From: Eledone cirrhosa | Taxonomy: Eukaryota | Length of the DNA: 64,000 nucleotides | Reading direction: 5' to 3' | Assembly (NCBI GenBank): GCA_964016885.1 | Contig: OZ024743.1 | Coordinates: 47,926,001 to 47,990,000 of the forward strand | Notes under the pieces: generated by a model | Database searches by the model: none | Seen by the model: only the letters and a program-made list of their open reading frames with translations | What the model was told of the DNA's origin: nothing | Program-made: the position numbers and the translations under genes | In this document: positions 61,830 to 64,000 of the stretch, in pieces | Position numbering within the stretch: the stretch's first letter is position 1 | How the letters are laid out: each line of letters begins with the position of its first letter

Positions 61830-64000
61830 TTAACAATATGTTACTCAACTTAAATCATCACATCCACTACACCAGCTAGGTTAACAATCTATATTACACA
61901 ACTTAAATCATCACATCCACTACACCAGCTAGGTTAATATATATTACACAACGTAAATCATCACATCCACTACACCAGCTAGGTTAATATATATTACACA
62001 ACTTAAATCATCACATCCACTACACCAGCTAGGTTAACAATATATATTACACAACTTAAATCATCACATCCACTACACCAGCCTGGTTAATATATATTAC
62101 ACAACATAAATCATCACATCCACTACACCAGCTAGGTTAACAATATATATTACACAACTTAAATCATCACATCCACTACACCAGCTAGGTTAACAATCTA
62201 TATTACTCAACTTAAATCATCACATCCACTACACCAGCTAGGTTAACAATATATATTACACAACTTAAATCATCACATCCACTACATCAGCAAAGGTTAA
62301 CAATATATATTACACAACTTAAATCATCACATCCACTACACCAGCTATGTTAACAATATATATTACACAACTTAAATCATCACATCCACTACACCAGCTA
62401 GGTTAACAATATATATTACACAACTTAAATCATCACATCCACTACATCAGCAAAGGTTAACAATATATATTACACAACTTAAATCATCACATCCACTACA
62501 CCAGCTATGTTAACAATATATATTACACAACTTAAATCATCACATCCACTACACCAGCTAGGTTAACAATATATATTACACAACTTAAATCATCACATCC
62601 ACTACACCAGCTAGGTTAACAATCTATATTACACAACTTAAATGATCACATCCACTACACCAGCTAGGTTAATATATATTACACAACTTAAATCATCACA
62701 TCCACTACACCAGCTAGGTTAACAATCTATATTACTCAACTTAAATCATCACATCCAGTACACCAGCTAGGTTAATATATATTACACAACTTAAATGATC
62801 ACATCCACTACACCAGCTAGGTTAATATATATTACACAACTTAAATCATCACATCCACTACATCAGCTAGGTTAACAATATATATTACACAACTTAAATC
62901 ATCACATCCACTACACCAGCTAGGTTAACAATATATAGTACACAACTTAAAACATCAAATCCACTACACCAGCTAGCCTAACAATATATATTACACAACT
63001 TAAATCATCACATCCACTACACCAGCTAGGTTAACAATCTATATTACTCAACTTAAATCATCACATCCACTACACCAGCTAGGTTAACAATATATATTAC
63101 ACAACTTAAATCATCACATCCACTACATCAGCTAGGTTAACAATATATATTACACAACATAAATCATCACATCCACTACACCAAGTAGGTTAACAATATA
63201 TATTACACAACTTAAATCATCACATCCACTACACCAGCTAGGTTAACAATATATATTATACAACTTAAATCATCACATCCACTACACCAGCTAGGTTAAC
63301 AATATATATTACACAACTTAAATCATCACATCCACTACACCAGCTAGGTTAACAATATATATTACACAACTTAAATCATCACATCCACTACACCAGCTAG
63401 GTTAACAATATATATTACACAACTTAAATCATCACATCCACTACACCAGCTAGGTTAATATATATTACACAACTTAAATCATCACATCCACTACACCAGC
63501 TAGGTTAACAATATATATTACACAACTTAAATCATCACATCCGGTACACCAGCTAGGTTACCAATATATATTACACAACTTAAATCATCACATCCACTAC
63601 AGCAGCTAGGTTAACAATATATATTACACAACTTAAATCATCACATCCACTACACCAGCTAGGTTAATATATATTACACAACTTAAATCATCACATCCAC
63701 TACACCAGCTAGGTTAACAATATATATTACACAACTTAAATCATCACATCCAGTACACCAGCTAGGTTACCAATATATATTACACAACTTAAATCATCAC
63801 ATCCACTACAGCAGCTAGGTTAACAATATATATTACACAACTTAAATCATCACATCCACTACACCAGCTAGGTTAACAATCTATATTACACAACTTAAAT
63901 CATCACATCCACTACATCAGCAAAAGTTAACAATATATATTACACAACTCAAATCATCACATCCACTACAGCAGCTATGTTAACAATATATATTACACAA
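61830..64000. repeat. Reappearance of left-domain block B
   Basis: Variant order TGTTACTC, CAGCCTGG, two CATCAGCAAAGG, CCAGTAC, CTAGCCTAAC, CCGGTAC (63541), CAGCAAAAG matches ~7430-9400 and ~20,600-22,700. Confidence 0.85.

Larger units (their letters stand above)
1..64000. repeat. Tandem satellite array of a 53-bp monomer (about 1,200 copies), no interruptions, both ends outside the window
   Basis: ACCAGCTAGG starts at 1 and 54 and recurs about every 53 bp to the end. Most monomers have 0-3 differences from consensus. No reverse-orientation copy or foreign sequence was seen. Confidence 0.99.

Noticed and set aside
1-64000. CRISPR array
   Set aside because: Repeats are directly head-to-tail with no unique spacers, and there is no leader or cas gene.
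1-64000. Giant repetitive protein-coding ORF
   Set aside because: 53 is not a multiple of 3. On the + strand the consensus meets TAG/TAA repeatedly (longest open run about 27 codons, no ATG), and the - strand also has frequent stops (ATG ATT TAA).
1-64000. ORF under a ciliate-type code (TAA/TAG = Gln), since the + consensus lacks TGA
   Set aside because: Absence of TGA follows trivially from G-poverty. The common AAATGATC and AACTGAAA variants introduce TGA, 54- and 51-bp monomers shift frame, and no codon-position bias in substitutions is apparent.
1-64000. Rolling-circle/amplification or sequencing concatemer artefact
   Set aside because: Variants recur in ordered, nested, multi-kb patterns with stepwise mutation series rather than as random errors. 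Local mis-assembly of copy number cannot be excluded.
1-64000. Canonical telomere repeat, plasmid iterons, or tandem tRNA/5S/spliced-leader RNA genes
   Set aside because: There are no TTAGGG/TTAGG-type tandem runs. The copy number and lack of a rep gene do not fit iterons. The monomer is too short and G-poor to fold as these RNAs and has no recognisable motifs.
1-64000. Variant order as an information-storing 'code'
   Set aside because: All observed order is explained by nested duplication and in-register deletion. Nothing in the sequence supports a functional readout.

Overview
The whole 64 kb window is one uninterrupted, head-to-tail tandem array (satellite DNA) of a 53-bp monomer, consensus ACCAGCTAGGTTAACAATATATATTACACAACTTAAATCATCACATCCACTAC (A22 C14 T14 G3; 32% GC), roughly 1,200 copies. 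All copies I read are in one orientation, and the array runs off both ends. I find no genes, RNA genes, transposons, CRISPR spacers or unique sequence, and I do not recognise the repeat family or organism. The informative signal is the order of monomer variants (substitutions plus 50-, 51- and 54-bp length variants), which recur in fixed order and reveal nested higher-order repeats (HORs). These are small 3-, 4- and 9-monomer duplications; a left domain arranged A-B-A-A-B (offsets 7707, 5515, ~13,178 bp); a 5150-bp tandem duplication in the middle; and a right domain built on a 4032-bp, 77-monomer unit with derivatives shortened by whole numbers of monomers. Offsets were measured by eye from marker variants, so block boundaries are approximate. 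I cannot support a claim of a novel gene system here.
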